From: Gnetum montanum
Taxonomy: Eukaryota; Plantae; Gnetophyta
Length of the DNA: 64,000 nucleotides
Assembly: GCA_015680685.1 (NCBI GenBank)
Contig: MNCI01002736.1
Location: 86,598 to 150,597 of the forward strand
Direction of reading: 5' to 3'
Part shown: positions 24,345 to 36,664 of the stretch, in pieces
Position numbering within the stretch: the stretch's first letter is position 1
Layout: every line of letters starts with the position of its first letter
Notes under the pieces: model-generated
Database searches by the model: none
What the model saw: only the letters and a program-made list of their open reading frames with translations
What the model was told of the DNA's origin: nothing
Made by a program: the position numbers and the translations under genes

Positions 24345-27300
24345 TATTCCTACGACTAACTAAAAACTAATCCTTAAGTTATATATAAGTGGATAAAGTT
24401 TCATTACAAAAATTGTTAGGTGCCTAAGACTAGATTGAATACCATTACAAAACTCAAGTGTCACATTACAAAATTTTACTTGAGTGGATGTGTTACAAAA
24501 TGATAAAAAGTCTAGATGGATATCAAATTTTATAAAATTATAGAATTCTTTAAAAAATTTGTCGAACATGAATCTTCATGATGTTGCTAGTGGTAGTAGT
24601 TTTTCCAAGCTTAGTTATTATGTTGACACTTCTCTTTTTTATGAAAGCTTTTTAACGTATGGGTTTCTAGCTAGTGAACATGTGATGTTTAAGTTTTAAC
24701 TCTTGTATATGTTATTTTTCCACGGGCTTGTCCTCCTTTGTCCTTCTCTTGGCCTTGTTTCTTTCCTTGTAAAAGACCTTCAACCTAGACATTTCTTTTG
24801 ACATCATCTAAAATTACCAAAGGGTCAATGTTAGTTTTTGCAATTTTTCCTAAATGATTAACCATTTTCAAATTCTTATTTAGCTCAAGATTTAAGAAAA
24901 ATTTACCATTTAGGCTCAAGGTGATTTCATAATAATGTTTTTCAAGCCTCTAAGGTAAGTAAAATAATCAAGTTGTTAAAATCATTTTGATTATTTTTAC
25001 TATTATTTATCATAAAGTTCAAAAAAGGGATGTTAGAAAAATTTCAAAAATTACATCCTTAGCCCCCACAATGAATGAGCTCAACTCCAGAAGCTCACAA
25101 GTTTTCAAACTAAAATCAAAGGTATGATTTGCAAGAGATATTGCAAATGCATTGAAATATTTAAAAACATGTGCTTCCAAAAATGATAAAGAAATTTTGA
25201 ATTTAGAGGAAATTTCAATATAAAAGCATTAAAGATAATCAAAATTGATGAGAAGTAGTCACAAATCATGCATAAATTTAGAGAAGATGCCCATGATGTT
25301 CTTAAAGATGTGAGATTTTGGTTCAGAGTTACGATTAACAAAATTGATGCAAGTGGATCCTTTCCAAAGTAGCCTCCTACCATAATGCCTTTGCATAACC
25401 ACTCCTAAAGACGTCCATGGACATCTTAGAAGTTAACTGTTAATCATGCCTTATTCTAAACAACACACAACTGTCTTAGTTGAAATCCTGCACTATACTA
25501 TACAAAACCAGTAGGTACATAATTGCATGTTGTAGTGAGATAAATAATGGGATTAGAAGGGGTTTTAGAGATTGGGACATGAGGTACCTAACCATGTCCA
25601 CAATAGGTTCTTATCTTAAGTATGATTGAGATAACCATCATACTTATTCATCCAAGTTTCAGACCAAGTACATATCATTAACAGTGGCCTCACATTAATG
25701 TGCTCCTTTCTACCTATCGTCATGAGTCCACAACAATCACAAAGAATGAACAGCATCCCAAGAAGAGAAGAAAAGACAAGAAGAAAGTAGCTTTAGAGAT
25801 TACTGAGGAAGAAATTTGGGCCTTAGTTAGAGAGATGTCTTCAGACATGGGTAACATGTTTTTCTAACCCTATAACTAGTTCTTGTATTCCAAGAGATAT
25901 TTGGAAAGGTGTGCTTTGAATTCTCATTATTTTTTTTGTTATTGTTATTTTTTCTTTCTTTCTCTCTATTTTTTTATTTTGTTCTCAACAATCACACCTT
26001 ACAAGGTCATACTTACTTTATGATCAATAATAGAAGTGATGATACATTCCATGAGAATTCATAGGCCTCAAGAAAAACGTTAAGAAGAGAATCCAACAAA
26101 TTTCCTTAAGGTCACATCCTTTTCCATTCCCACTTTGTCTTTTTCTCTTTTTTCAAGGCACAACGATCATTAGTTAATTTTAGTTTCATGTAAGAAGAAC
26201 CATATTGCTTTCATCATAAAGACCTCTTATTTATATAACTGGAGGAATGCATGATGTGGTCTCACTGCTTTACATAATTATTTACCCAATCATCTTGATA
26301 GCATGGGACAAAGACTCAACACATAGCATTGGCTTCTGCATCATGACTGACAACATCATTATTAACAAAAACATAGTAGAAATCCATAAAACATAAAGTA
26401 AATGACTCAAGAAAATAGAAAAATATAAAGAAAAAAATAACAAGAAATGGAAAACATATTAAGAATTAAAATTTTTTGAAGAAATAGAAAAATTATAAAA
26501 AGAATTATAAAATAATAAATAAAATAATGTGAAAATGCACTTATTAATTATTGATTCAAGATGGGGCATCTTCCCCATGACTAAACTAATGGGAGAGCAT
26601 TCAAAAAATGGACCACACATTTCCTTGGTTATACATCATAAGATTTCCATTTATAATCTTTAGTGATTTAAGTTTTCACTTGTTACCACATTTAACATTG
26701 ATGATAATTAGGTTTTGATCATTTGGACACATATATTTAGTTGGCCTAGAAGGTGATTTGTTTTTAAAGGATCTAGATATGTTTCCTTTTTTATTTTCTA
26801 TTTTAGTTCTTAGATCTCCTTATTTAACAACTTACTCTGGTGTATAGTTAGAGTGTAAGATGTCCTTCTTTAATTTCTTTATTTAGTTCATTTTCTTAGG
26901 ACAAGAACTAATAAATGGATTGGATATTTCCATGCATCTTTTAAATAGTTTGATATTCATATTTCTTAGCCATTAGGTGTCTTTTAGTTTAGTGGCTATT
27001 TTGTAGACGTAGTTGTTCACACACACTTGTTCCTTAAGTTTGTTGTGGGTTGGTATAAAGGTCATGTTATGACTTTGAACTTTCAACCCGCAACTATATC
27101 CTTTATTATTATTAGTAATGTATGAAATTTTCTATCTCTTCATAGTGATAGGTTTATCTTTTATGTTTCATGTTAGATAATAATGGTTATTAGCTTTTGT
27201 GTAGGATTAGGAGACATTGTTTTTGTGAGGAAGAACATTACACCATATTGGCCTTACACTAGTATTAATGAGCTAGTAGGTCTACTAGTTTTATTCACAT

Positions 27301-28165
27301 GAGTGGAAACCATTCTAAAGAAAGGACATTGTTGGGGCTTATTCTTGGAGCTACTAGTACTATTATCATTTTGTATATTCACAATAAAAGTGGCATTCTT
27401 TTGTTGAGGTTGTGATGCTAATTCTTCCTATGTTGTTGATTGTGGCATATGTTGGAGGGAAGTTATGAGAGTATTAAGAATGTGATGGACAATAAGAGGC
27501 ATGGGATGGTGATCCCATAGGAGATGTTATAGGTTGATGGTATTCAAAAGGATACTAATAGCACATTGAGTCATGGGCAATAGAACTATTCAAATAAATA
27601 GGTTGTTGAACATAGTATCTGTAATGGTCCAACTGGTAGTATGAATATTGCTAGTTTGATGATGGAAATCCCCACAACTGCAAGTTTTTCCACTATTGTT
27701 GATAGTAGTCTTTAGGTTGAGGAGGAGTCCTACTTGGATAGTACTATTGGTTGTAGGACTGTCTATAATTACCTTGTGGATAATGTAATCTCCTAGGCTT
27801 TTACTTTTTGACAAACATGGGATTGAAAGCAAAAGACCTAGACTCTTGTAGATGTAACATAATTGGGCAATAGTCCTTTGGATTTTCATATTGATAGATG
27901 CCACATCTATCTTTTTCCTCAGAATATGAGTCTGTAGCCTTTTCTAGTATAGCTAATTTTCCTTTTTGTCGATAAGTGCCCTCACCTATTTTCTTATTCT
28001 TCTTCCTCTTCTTGTTTTGATCACTTGATCCTATTTACTTTACCTTCTTTTCTATGAATTTTAAGTTGATTGTAACTTTTTCATCCATTAGCTCCCACTT
28101 ATCTACCTTCAATCTTAGTGATAAAATTTTGTATTAGCAAGATTTTTGTTAACCTTTTGATATGT

Positions 28166-29052
28166 TTATGAGATGTGATTTGATGAGCCTCTACATTAGA
28201 TACGTGATGTCAGAGTCTCAATGTTGTGTACCCAACGTTGGGACTAATAAGCAACGTCAAATACCCAACATTGCCTCATCTGGACCTTGCTTATAAATAC
28301 TGCACTTGGGCTTCTAGATGAGAGAGTTTTTAGCTTATATCTTAGAAATAGTTAGTTCTCAGTTTCTTTTCTTTTAAGTCTGTTATTCCCAATGCATGCC
28401 TGCAGTTTGATGTTTGTAATCGTATGACACCTTTGTTTGAGTGTGACGTACTTGGACATGTTACATGATTGGAAATAAAGATCGAGATTACCTCCATCAT
28501 TGTAGCATCCATTTAGATTAATATTGTTGTTTTAATTATTGAATTCTTTCTTTAGTTAAAAATTTCCATTTATTGTTATTTACTCTTCCTATTGTTAAGC
28601 AGAATGTGTGTGCCTTAATCATGAGCGTTTAAGTGTAAATACTTGGTTGCGAAGAGGTGTATCGTTTGGCACAACTAGTGACATACACTTGGTAATCCCA
28701 GAAGTAGCTCCACGAAGTCCAAGACATGTACGAATGATTAAGAGCAGATACCATCACCATAGGCTAACTCAAACTTTATTTTTCATTATTTATTAGTTAA
28801 TCAATTTATCTCTTTTCATCACTAGGAGTAGCATAGAATTAGGAAACATCATACACCTTACTTTGGACTAAATCATACATGACAAAGCTACCACTAGTCC
28901 AAGTGGAAAGACAGCAAACTGCGATCAAAGCATAACAATCTAGATGCCACAACCAGTCCCATCCATAGAATTCGACCAAATCGTGCATGAATACTTGTGA
29001 TTCATATGGTTGAGTGTAGGGGTACCTCACCTTTCTACCTCACCTTTCATCA
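28166..29052 (+). repeat. 5' LTR of element B
   Basis: Direct repeat of 36665-37537; starts TTATGAG (decayed TGATGAG), ends TTCATCA; carries a private 13-bp duplication TACCTCACCTTTC near its end. Confidence 0.92.
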
Positions 29053-29177
29053 TTGTGCTATTGCTAGGGATGGTGCTAGTTATCTAGATTAGTTATATTA
29101 TACATGATCATTGTAAAAGGTATTAACGATATATCTTTCAAAAGCTAGTCACTCACATAGACCATAAATCAAGAACA

Positions 29178-31420
29178 ATGTCTCTCTCACATGGAAGTGA
29201 CTATGCGATGTATAGTGAACACATTCATTGGAGAAATAATGTAATATATGATGAAGAAGATTGGAGTGATCAACCTTATGTAGGGGTTTCTTATGATTAT
29301 GACCACCCTAACAACACTCAAAGACTACATTCACCTAAGGGAGACAATCTTGGAGAAGATGATGTAGGTCCTAGACTAGGGAAGGCCTCAAGGCCTAAGA
29401 CCTCCTCAAAACTAAGAAATGATAAATTAAGGGACCCTAGGGAATACTATAGAAGTCATGGTAACTCTTCCAATTCCTCATCTTCCTCGTTTCCTTCAAC
29501 ATCTAGTTCTGATGAAGATGAATGTAGGTATAGAGATAGAACTCCATTAAAGGGTTAGACTAAAAATCAAAATCAAACCCATGGGAAAGGTCAAAGACAA
29601 CATCATCACGATCAAACGAATAGAGATAGACATTTTCCTTACGATTTTTTTGATGATGATGAACCCTTGTTGGTCATTAAGAGCCTAATGCATGTCACAT
29701 AGGCTGTTAAGATATCTTACAGGCATCGCAAAAAGAGTCATTTACCCAAATTGGACATGAATAATATTCTAAAATTTGCAGGAGGCTATGATTCAGATCC
29801 ATAACATCATTTACAATCCTTCCATGATGCATGTGCTTTCTACAACATTGAAAGTGGATGAAAAAAGCTTAAGCTCTTTCCTAGGACACTAATTGATAGA
29901 GCTGAAGTGTGATATAGATCGTTGAGACCAAATTCAATTCGACAATGGTTCACAATGTTGGAACTTTTCAATAAGAGATACCAAACCTATAAAAGAGTGT
30001 CCAATCTAAGGAGACAAATCCAAGAGTGGAAACAAGATCAACACAAACCCTTGGACATGGCCTTAGATAGATATTATGTCTTACTAAATAGATGCCTAGG
30101 CCACGGTTTATCTGAAGAAGAGTAGCTTTACCACATCATAGATGGGCTTCACAATGAAATAAGGATGATCCTTGGGATGTATGCCCCAGGGCAGTTATAC
30201 AAGCTTCAAGTCCATTAGATCAAAGAGATAATAGAGCATATGGAAAAAGAAGAAGGAGAGATGTGCAAATGGTAGAATGTCGAGAAATCTCAATGGGACC
30301 CAACTCTTCAATCGAAGGAGGTCCAAATTTATGATAAGGAAAATGAAACCACTCTTGATAAGGTGATTTCACAACAAAATTTACTGACAGAGGAGTCTAT
30401 TGATGATCTAGAAGCAAAATTCAATAGGATGTCTAAATGGATGGATGAGAATGTCACAACTCTTATTGAGATGGTCATGGAGAAGATCATGCAATACATG
30501 TCAGGCGATCACAATCAATAGAGGACACAGAACCAAGAAACAGTTAGGAATGTTTTTTGGTAGACAAGAAAAGTGGCTGATAAAAGTGAGGCTAAACACT
30601 CCACCATAGATGAAGATAATGGATGCAACATTTGCATATTTGATCATTTGAAGGATCATTGCCCAGTCTTGTTGCATCTATAGGAGTATTTGGCTAGTGC
30701 CTTAAATCCAAACTTTGTGCAATAACACATGCCTAGGAGACTTCCTCTCCCACAAGTTAATTATAGATAGTCCCACAATTGATTGTACCATCCTAGCAGG
30801 ATTTATTACCAACCTCAAGATCCTCAACCATAGTGGTAACAACCATAGTTGTGGGGGAGGCCACCACCAAATTAGCCACACTCATTGAAACCTCATAGAT
30901 ATTATGTTCAACATCCTATTTCTCCAACTAGTTTGGCATCCTCCACTTCAAATTGCCACTACCACTCTCCTGAATATCATCAATACATGGCATCCCCTAA
31001 AGGGTCACCACCTCGCACTTCTTACCATTCAACTTACCCTTGATATTCTCATCATCCGCCTCCTTATACGCCATCACCAACAACTTAGGAAGGTTTAGCA
31101 CCTCAATATCAACAAAGGAATGCTACTTGTGCTGCAAATGTGCAAAGACATGTTGACACCAGTGGGTCCCAACTGCAATTCCGAAAATGTCCTTTCTGGA
31201 GGAAAGACCATAAGTTGAGGCAAACTACGCATGGACCCACCACATCATCTAAGCTAGCACAAGGCCAACCTAGTGCACAACCTTCCTTGTCTAAACCAAC
31301 ATTATTCAACCATACACAAGGGCTACCGTCTATTCGTACTTCAACCTCACATCCAACCAATGGATCTACAAACATGGGAAGACAAATGAGTCCATGCATA
31401 CCATCTCATACTCAAGGGTG
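29178..31420 (+). pseudogene. Disrupted Athila-type gag of element B with P/H/Q-rich C-terminal tail
   Basis: KFAGGYDSDP*HHLQSFHDAC...LKLFPRTLIDRAEV*YRSLRPNSIRQW...LRRQIQEWKQ...LLNRCLGHGL...IIDGL (Retrotrans_gag pattern); CNICIFDHLKDHCP knuckle; 3' end approximate. Confidence 0.85.
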
Positions 31421-33302
31421 AAATAGTGGGCCAATCATCCAAAATCTTAAGATGCCTCACATCCTGACCCACCATACATATAACAATAAGGTGTATGATC
31501 AACAAATTTTCTACCCAGGCACCACACCTCCAACAAGCACCCAGTGGCTAGGGCATGAAGGGTTCCCAACATTTCATACATGCATGGATCCTTTTCATCC
31601 ACTTATTAATCCTAGCCATGACCAAATGTTCAGTTGTGGGGGTTACCCCCCATTCTAATCTTTAGGATTTTTAAGTACTTTTTATCTTTTTGTTTTACAT
31701 TTTTTTATCATTTTCCTATTCTTGCTACTTTTTCTACATTTTCTAGTTGTTGTTTTAATTTTCCTTGTATGTAATCTCGCTATTGATCATGTTGCCCACG
31801 GAGGTGAGGTTTTTTCTCTATGTTGTTGAATCATAAGGGACTGATTATTCAAAAATTGAGACTACAACATCCATTCACCCATTTCATTAATAAGAGGTTC
31901 TTGCTCTAGTCATAATTGTAATCTTTTTCATCATCCAAACTCTAAATAACTTCATAATCATTATGTCTGGATGGAAGAGTGTAGAACCAAGATGGAATGT
32001 AAAGGGTGTGACATCAAGGGGATTTGTGGATTCTCTTTGGCTACCTTTGTATGTTTTATCATGTTGATGAGGTTGTAACCATATCCTTGTAGATCTAACG
32101 AAAAATGGAAGTAAGAGCAACTTTAACTGGCACTGAATAAACTTGTATGAGTCCCACTGGAAAGATATGTACTCATGCCTAAAGGTTGGCAACTTCTTAG
32201 AACCATAAAAAAAACATAGTAATTGTGCCATAATAATGCTCCTCCCTTGGACAAAATGCCAAGTGATGTTACTCGCAAATTTGATAGTCCTATGGTTGTT
32301 TGTCGATGGGACGAAATAATGCAGTGTCACTGAATGTGGTATGGACTTGTTTTGAATCTTGGAAGGAAGGAAATATGGTTATCTAATCATTAATAACACA
32401 CAAGGTTTCATTATGACCATGGTACAACACCTCATGTCTCGATTTCTGTGATCCCTTCTTCGGTCTATTCCATCTCATTGTTCAAATGTTCATACCTTGT
32501 GGTTTTGTGTAACATGAAGTAATCATCTTAATTTGGTAGTTTTAACATGTGTGTTTTGTTTCACAAGTATGCATTACATTCAACTCCTCTAGTGCCTACA
32601 GACATTTTAGGTGTGATTATGCAAGGGCATCATAGGCTAGAGTTTTCTTTGGGGAGGACCTACTTGTGTACCTTTTGTGACTTGTACTTGTTTAACATGA
32701 CTACATCATTTTTCACCTTCCATGCACTCCAATTGTTATATTTTATTGTTTCCCTTATCATGAACATACTCTGTCCCACAATCTAGCTCTCAATGCCTTT
32801 TTTCTTGCTTGTTCTTGTACTTTTACCATTGAAGACTTTACCCTATCCTATCTTTAGTACCTCCAATTAATTTTCCCACTTACCTAAACTGCAAAATTTA
32901 ACTTTCAACTTTCCAATCAAAGCTAGAGCTTTAGTTTGCATACCCTTTGGCTCCATAAAACTTAGAATTTTTGGACCTCGATGTTGTGTATGCAATGTTG
33001 GATCTTTAGTTTGCATACCCTTTGGCCCCATAAGACTTAGAATTTTTGGACCTTGACGTTGTGTACCCGACATTGCGTACACAATGTCTCATACCTAATG
33101 TTGGGTCTAAAAAAAAGTATATATAGTAGACCCCCACGTAACATGAACTTTATTTCTCTTATTTATTACTAGGGAAGTTGTTGAACTTTTTTCTTGTGAC
33201 CTAGAGCTCTACGCCTCCATCTTCCACTTGCGATATCTAGCTCTCTAATGCTCCAATTGCCATACCATTTAAATCTATCTAAACTCAAAGTGTTCAACTT
33301 AG

Positions 33303-33382
33303 NNNNNNNNNNNNNNNNNNNNNNNNNNNNNNNNNNNNNNNNNNNNNNNNNNNNNNNNNNNNNNNNNNNNNNNNNNNNNNNN
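33303..33382. other. Assembly gap (80 N)
   Basis: Run of n characters. Confidence 1.
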
Positions 33383-33724
33383 ATTTGTTAAAATTTGCTA
33401 TTGCCTAGAAGGTATCATAAGGGTAAGGATGTTAAAAACCTTAGGGATTATAATGCAAAATCACTAACGATAATGCTAGATGTCCAATTTTTGTAGCCCA
33501 TGGGGCCATGCCCATTATTTTAAGCCACAAGTAATGAAAAAGGAACTAGTTGCAATGGGTCGTAGAAGAGATAGACACTTTTTGGGGGATTTTTCTTGAA
33601 AAATTTCCTAACCTTGCAATCATATGCATTATGAGCTTAATGAATTAAGGTTATGAGCAAGGTATGAATTGATTAAGGATAATAAACATAACCTTGGTAA
33701 CACATGGTTTTCATTTGATTACAG

Positions 33725-36462
33725 ATGGTCCCAAAAAGAGGTGCTCATGGTGAACCCTCACAAAGAGCCACTAAGCATCCATGTGGTGGCCACAACTAGC
33801 AAGGAGAACAAGCGGGACATGCTAAACAGGAAGCCCAATCTTTCAATATCCATCAAGAGGCCCTTGTTATTGGGTAATTGGCCCAAGGTGAGGTGGTAGA
33901 AGTACCAGCTCCTAAATAGGGACAACATCTCATGTTGCCCCGTGACTACCTTAGTCCCATTTTGAAAAAGTCCACATTGGCCTTGATCATTATGGAAATG
34001 AACTTCAATCTGTTCGTGGAATTCACTTCTAAAGTGGTGTGGATGCAACTCGAAGTGTCTCCACTGTGGTCGATCCTATCTGGTAGTGGTGAATGGTACA
34101 TGGGGGAAGTCTATCAATTCTAGCACAATAAAGATGAGGGTACCACTGTGAATATCTGTGGGGTGAATGTCTCTTACATAGTCAAAGATATAACTATAGC
34201 TCTCAACCTACCTAATGAAGGGGCCAAGGTTGCTCACCTATCCACTAGATTTGACCTTGAAACAAAGAGACTGTGGCTGAAGCAGGCATACGACAAAGAA
34301 GATAAATCATACCATGAGCTGACCTTAGAAGAGAGAACTTACTTCAAGATCAAGACATACCACCTATTTTCCACCAAAGGGCTCAATCACATCTCCACTT
34401 ATGTGGCTAGGGGAAGTGCCATTTTAATGCAAAAATTTTCAATTAACCTTCCTCAATACTATGTCACAAAAATCCAACAGCAGTTTGAAGAAACAAAATC
34501 AGGGAGACCACAACTTCCATTTTCCTATGTGATCAGAAAGATGTGCAAGTGGGCGGGAATCATAGGATATACCAATGATATCCTTTGAAAGGCTCAGCAC
34601 GCCTCCTTTGCAGAGCTCCTTAAAACCGTAGCACTAAGAAAAGATTCTAGGGAGGAGTAAGAAGCTAAAAAGGAGGTAGAACCAAGAAAAGAAATGCAAC
34701 AAGAGCTTAAGTAGTGCCTACAAGCACAAGCTACGTCACTACTACCAGAAGATAATCGATCATCAATGAGCCACCTACAAATAATCGCTGAGACCATCAA
34801 ATAGGGGAGCAGGGATGAGGCTAATCTCTTTTGGGTTATGGATGATGTCATACAATCCACCATATCAACTAATCCAACAAGGGGGGAGATCTTGATTTAG
34901 TCAAGAGGAGGGTGATCCCAATGATCACACTAGATTTTTAGAAATGCTGCATCCTTTCAAGTCACTTTGGAGACTAGAGAAGGCACCACAGTCATGGTGC
35001 TACAACACGAGGATGCAGCAGGTGCAATAGAGGTGATTACTAATTACATCAAGGAATCATTCAATGTTCTTGTTGTGCCTCTGACTAATTTGGTAGGGAC
35101 AAAAGATGCACAAATGCTAGCCCAAATCTCAATGACTCCTGCAGTGCATGAAGATGTACTTGATCATTTACTGCAAATAGGTCAAGTGATGACCACTCTA
35201 TTTGACATCCCTAGCGATGTCACTATGGCAAAATTGAACCTCATCAATACCAAAGGAAAGTTGATAATGGATGAGGTTAGGTCAAAGCATGCAGAATCTA
35301 AGGTGTAAATATTGCATGAAGAGTCGGCTACCCTACATGTGGAACGACAAAATCCTACCTGTTTCATCACACCAAACCAACTAGAGAAGTTTTGGATGGA
35401 GGAGCTTACTAAGCTGGAAAAGGAGAGAACAACTATAGGGCAAGAAAAGGAGATGGTGATCTAGAATGCCTCTACTACAAATGCATAAACTCATGTGCAT
35501 AAAAAGGCATTAATCGCTATTCACAAAGAAAACAAGCAGCTTGCTAAAGAGAATGCCCAATTGATCATAGTGGAAAAGTAAAAGAACATCTTGGAAGAGA
35601 GTGTCCACCAATTGATGCAACAATTGATGAGGGTCAACTAGGATATGAGTCGATTGGCTTGAGAAAATAGAACCCTCTCTATGGAAGAGGTACACACTAT
35701 TTGTCAAAAGACAACAATTGAGATCAACAAGTGGTAGAATGAGGCCAAGAAACATGAGAAGTTAAAAGAACACTTCTAGGACTAGGTTGACATGTATAAG
35801 GAAATTAATGAGAAGGAAATCAAGATGGCCAAGGCCCACATTAACTCCTTGGCAACACAAAATTCTGAATGGTAGGCCATTTTGGATAGTTATGCCATGG
35901 TCGAACAAGCAGAAGTTAAAAATAAGGATCTGCAGATAGAAGATTTGAAGGAATACATGGCATTGGCTAACCTCAGGTATGCCAACCTTGCCATGTTAAT
36001 AATAGGTCATCCTTGAAGAAAGTTGGAGAAGCAAGTGGTGACCACCTATGTACTATATGAGAAGGAGTTTGTAGATCGAAAGGATGCTTTGCAAAAGTTA
36101 CAAGTGGCAAACTTAGAATTAGAGGTGGTCAAAGCTAGCTACCAGGGATAGAAAGATGTAGCCTCAAACCTTGCTCAAATATTGATAGACTATCATGAGC
36201 TAAGGGATAAAGCTAATGCCTTCGAGGAGGAATGACGATAGTTTGCGACATGGTACATCAAGGCAAATCAAATTTTTCTGCAATTTCCATGTTCTTGGGA
36301 GGTATCAAACCAGGACACATTGGCACAATGGCCTAGATGGTGCACGACCCAAGGACGGAGGAAGAAAAATTGCAAGCCTTGCTCAACTATTACAAATTCC
36401 AACAACTTGACAATAAAGGGAAGCGATCAATGGAAGAGCCACCACCTTCAGGCACTACATGA
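33725..36462 (+). pseudogene. Disrupted ORF2 of element B: env-like domain plus long coiled coil, ~910 codons
   Basis: ttacag|ATG GTC CCA AAA AGA; WYMGEVYQF*HNKDEGTTVNICGVNVSYIVKDITIALNLPNEG and INLPQYYVTKIQQQF...LPFSYVIRKMCKWAGI fit the plant retroelement env-like pattern (EFYxN...VxG...lglp...G; lPfpxlItxlc); ORF-track pieces 33932-34123, 34148-34588 and 34967-35308 belong to it. Confidence 0.82.
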
Positions 36463-36664
36463 GCCTTCTAGTCTTGTTTTGTCTTGTCTCATTTTGCAAT
36501 AATGTATTCCATTTTTATATTGCACCACTGCAGCATGCAAAGAGTTAGTTATTTTGTGCATTGTTGGAGTTAGTTAATAATCCCAAACCTGCCCAATATT
36601 TTGTAAAGGACTTGTTCCTTATTTTTTAAAACCGAGGATGAATTTTTATTCAGTCATGGGGATA

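Noticed and set aside
33303-33382. The N gap could hide the missing pol of element B
   Set aside because: Pol should lie between gag and the internal PPT (~31640), which is gap-free, and element A is continuous across the equivalent position.
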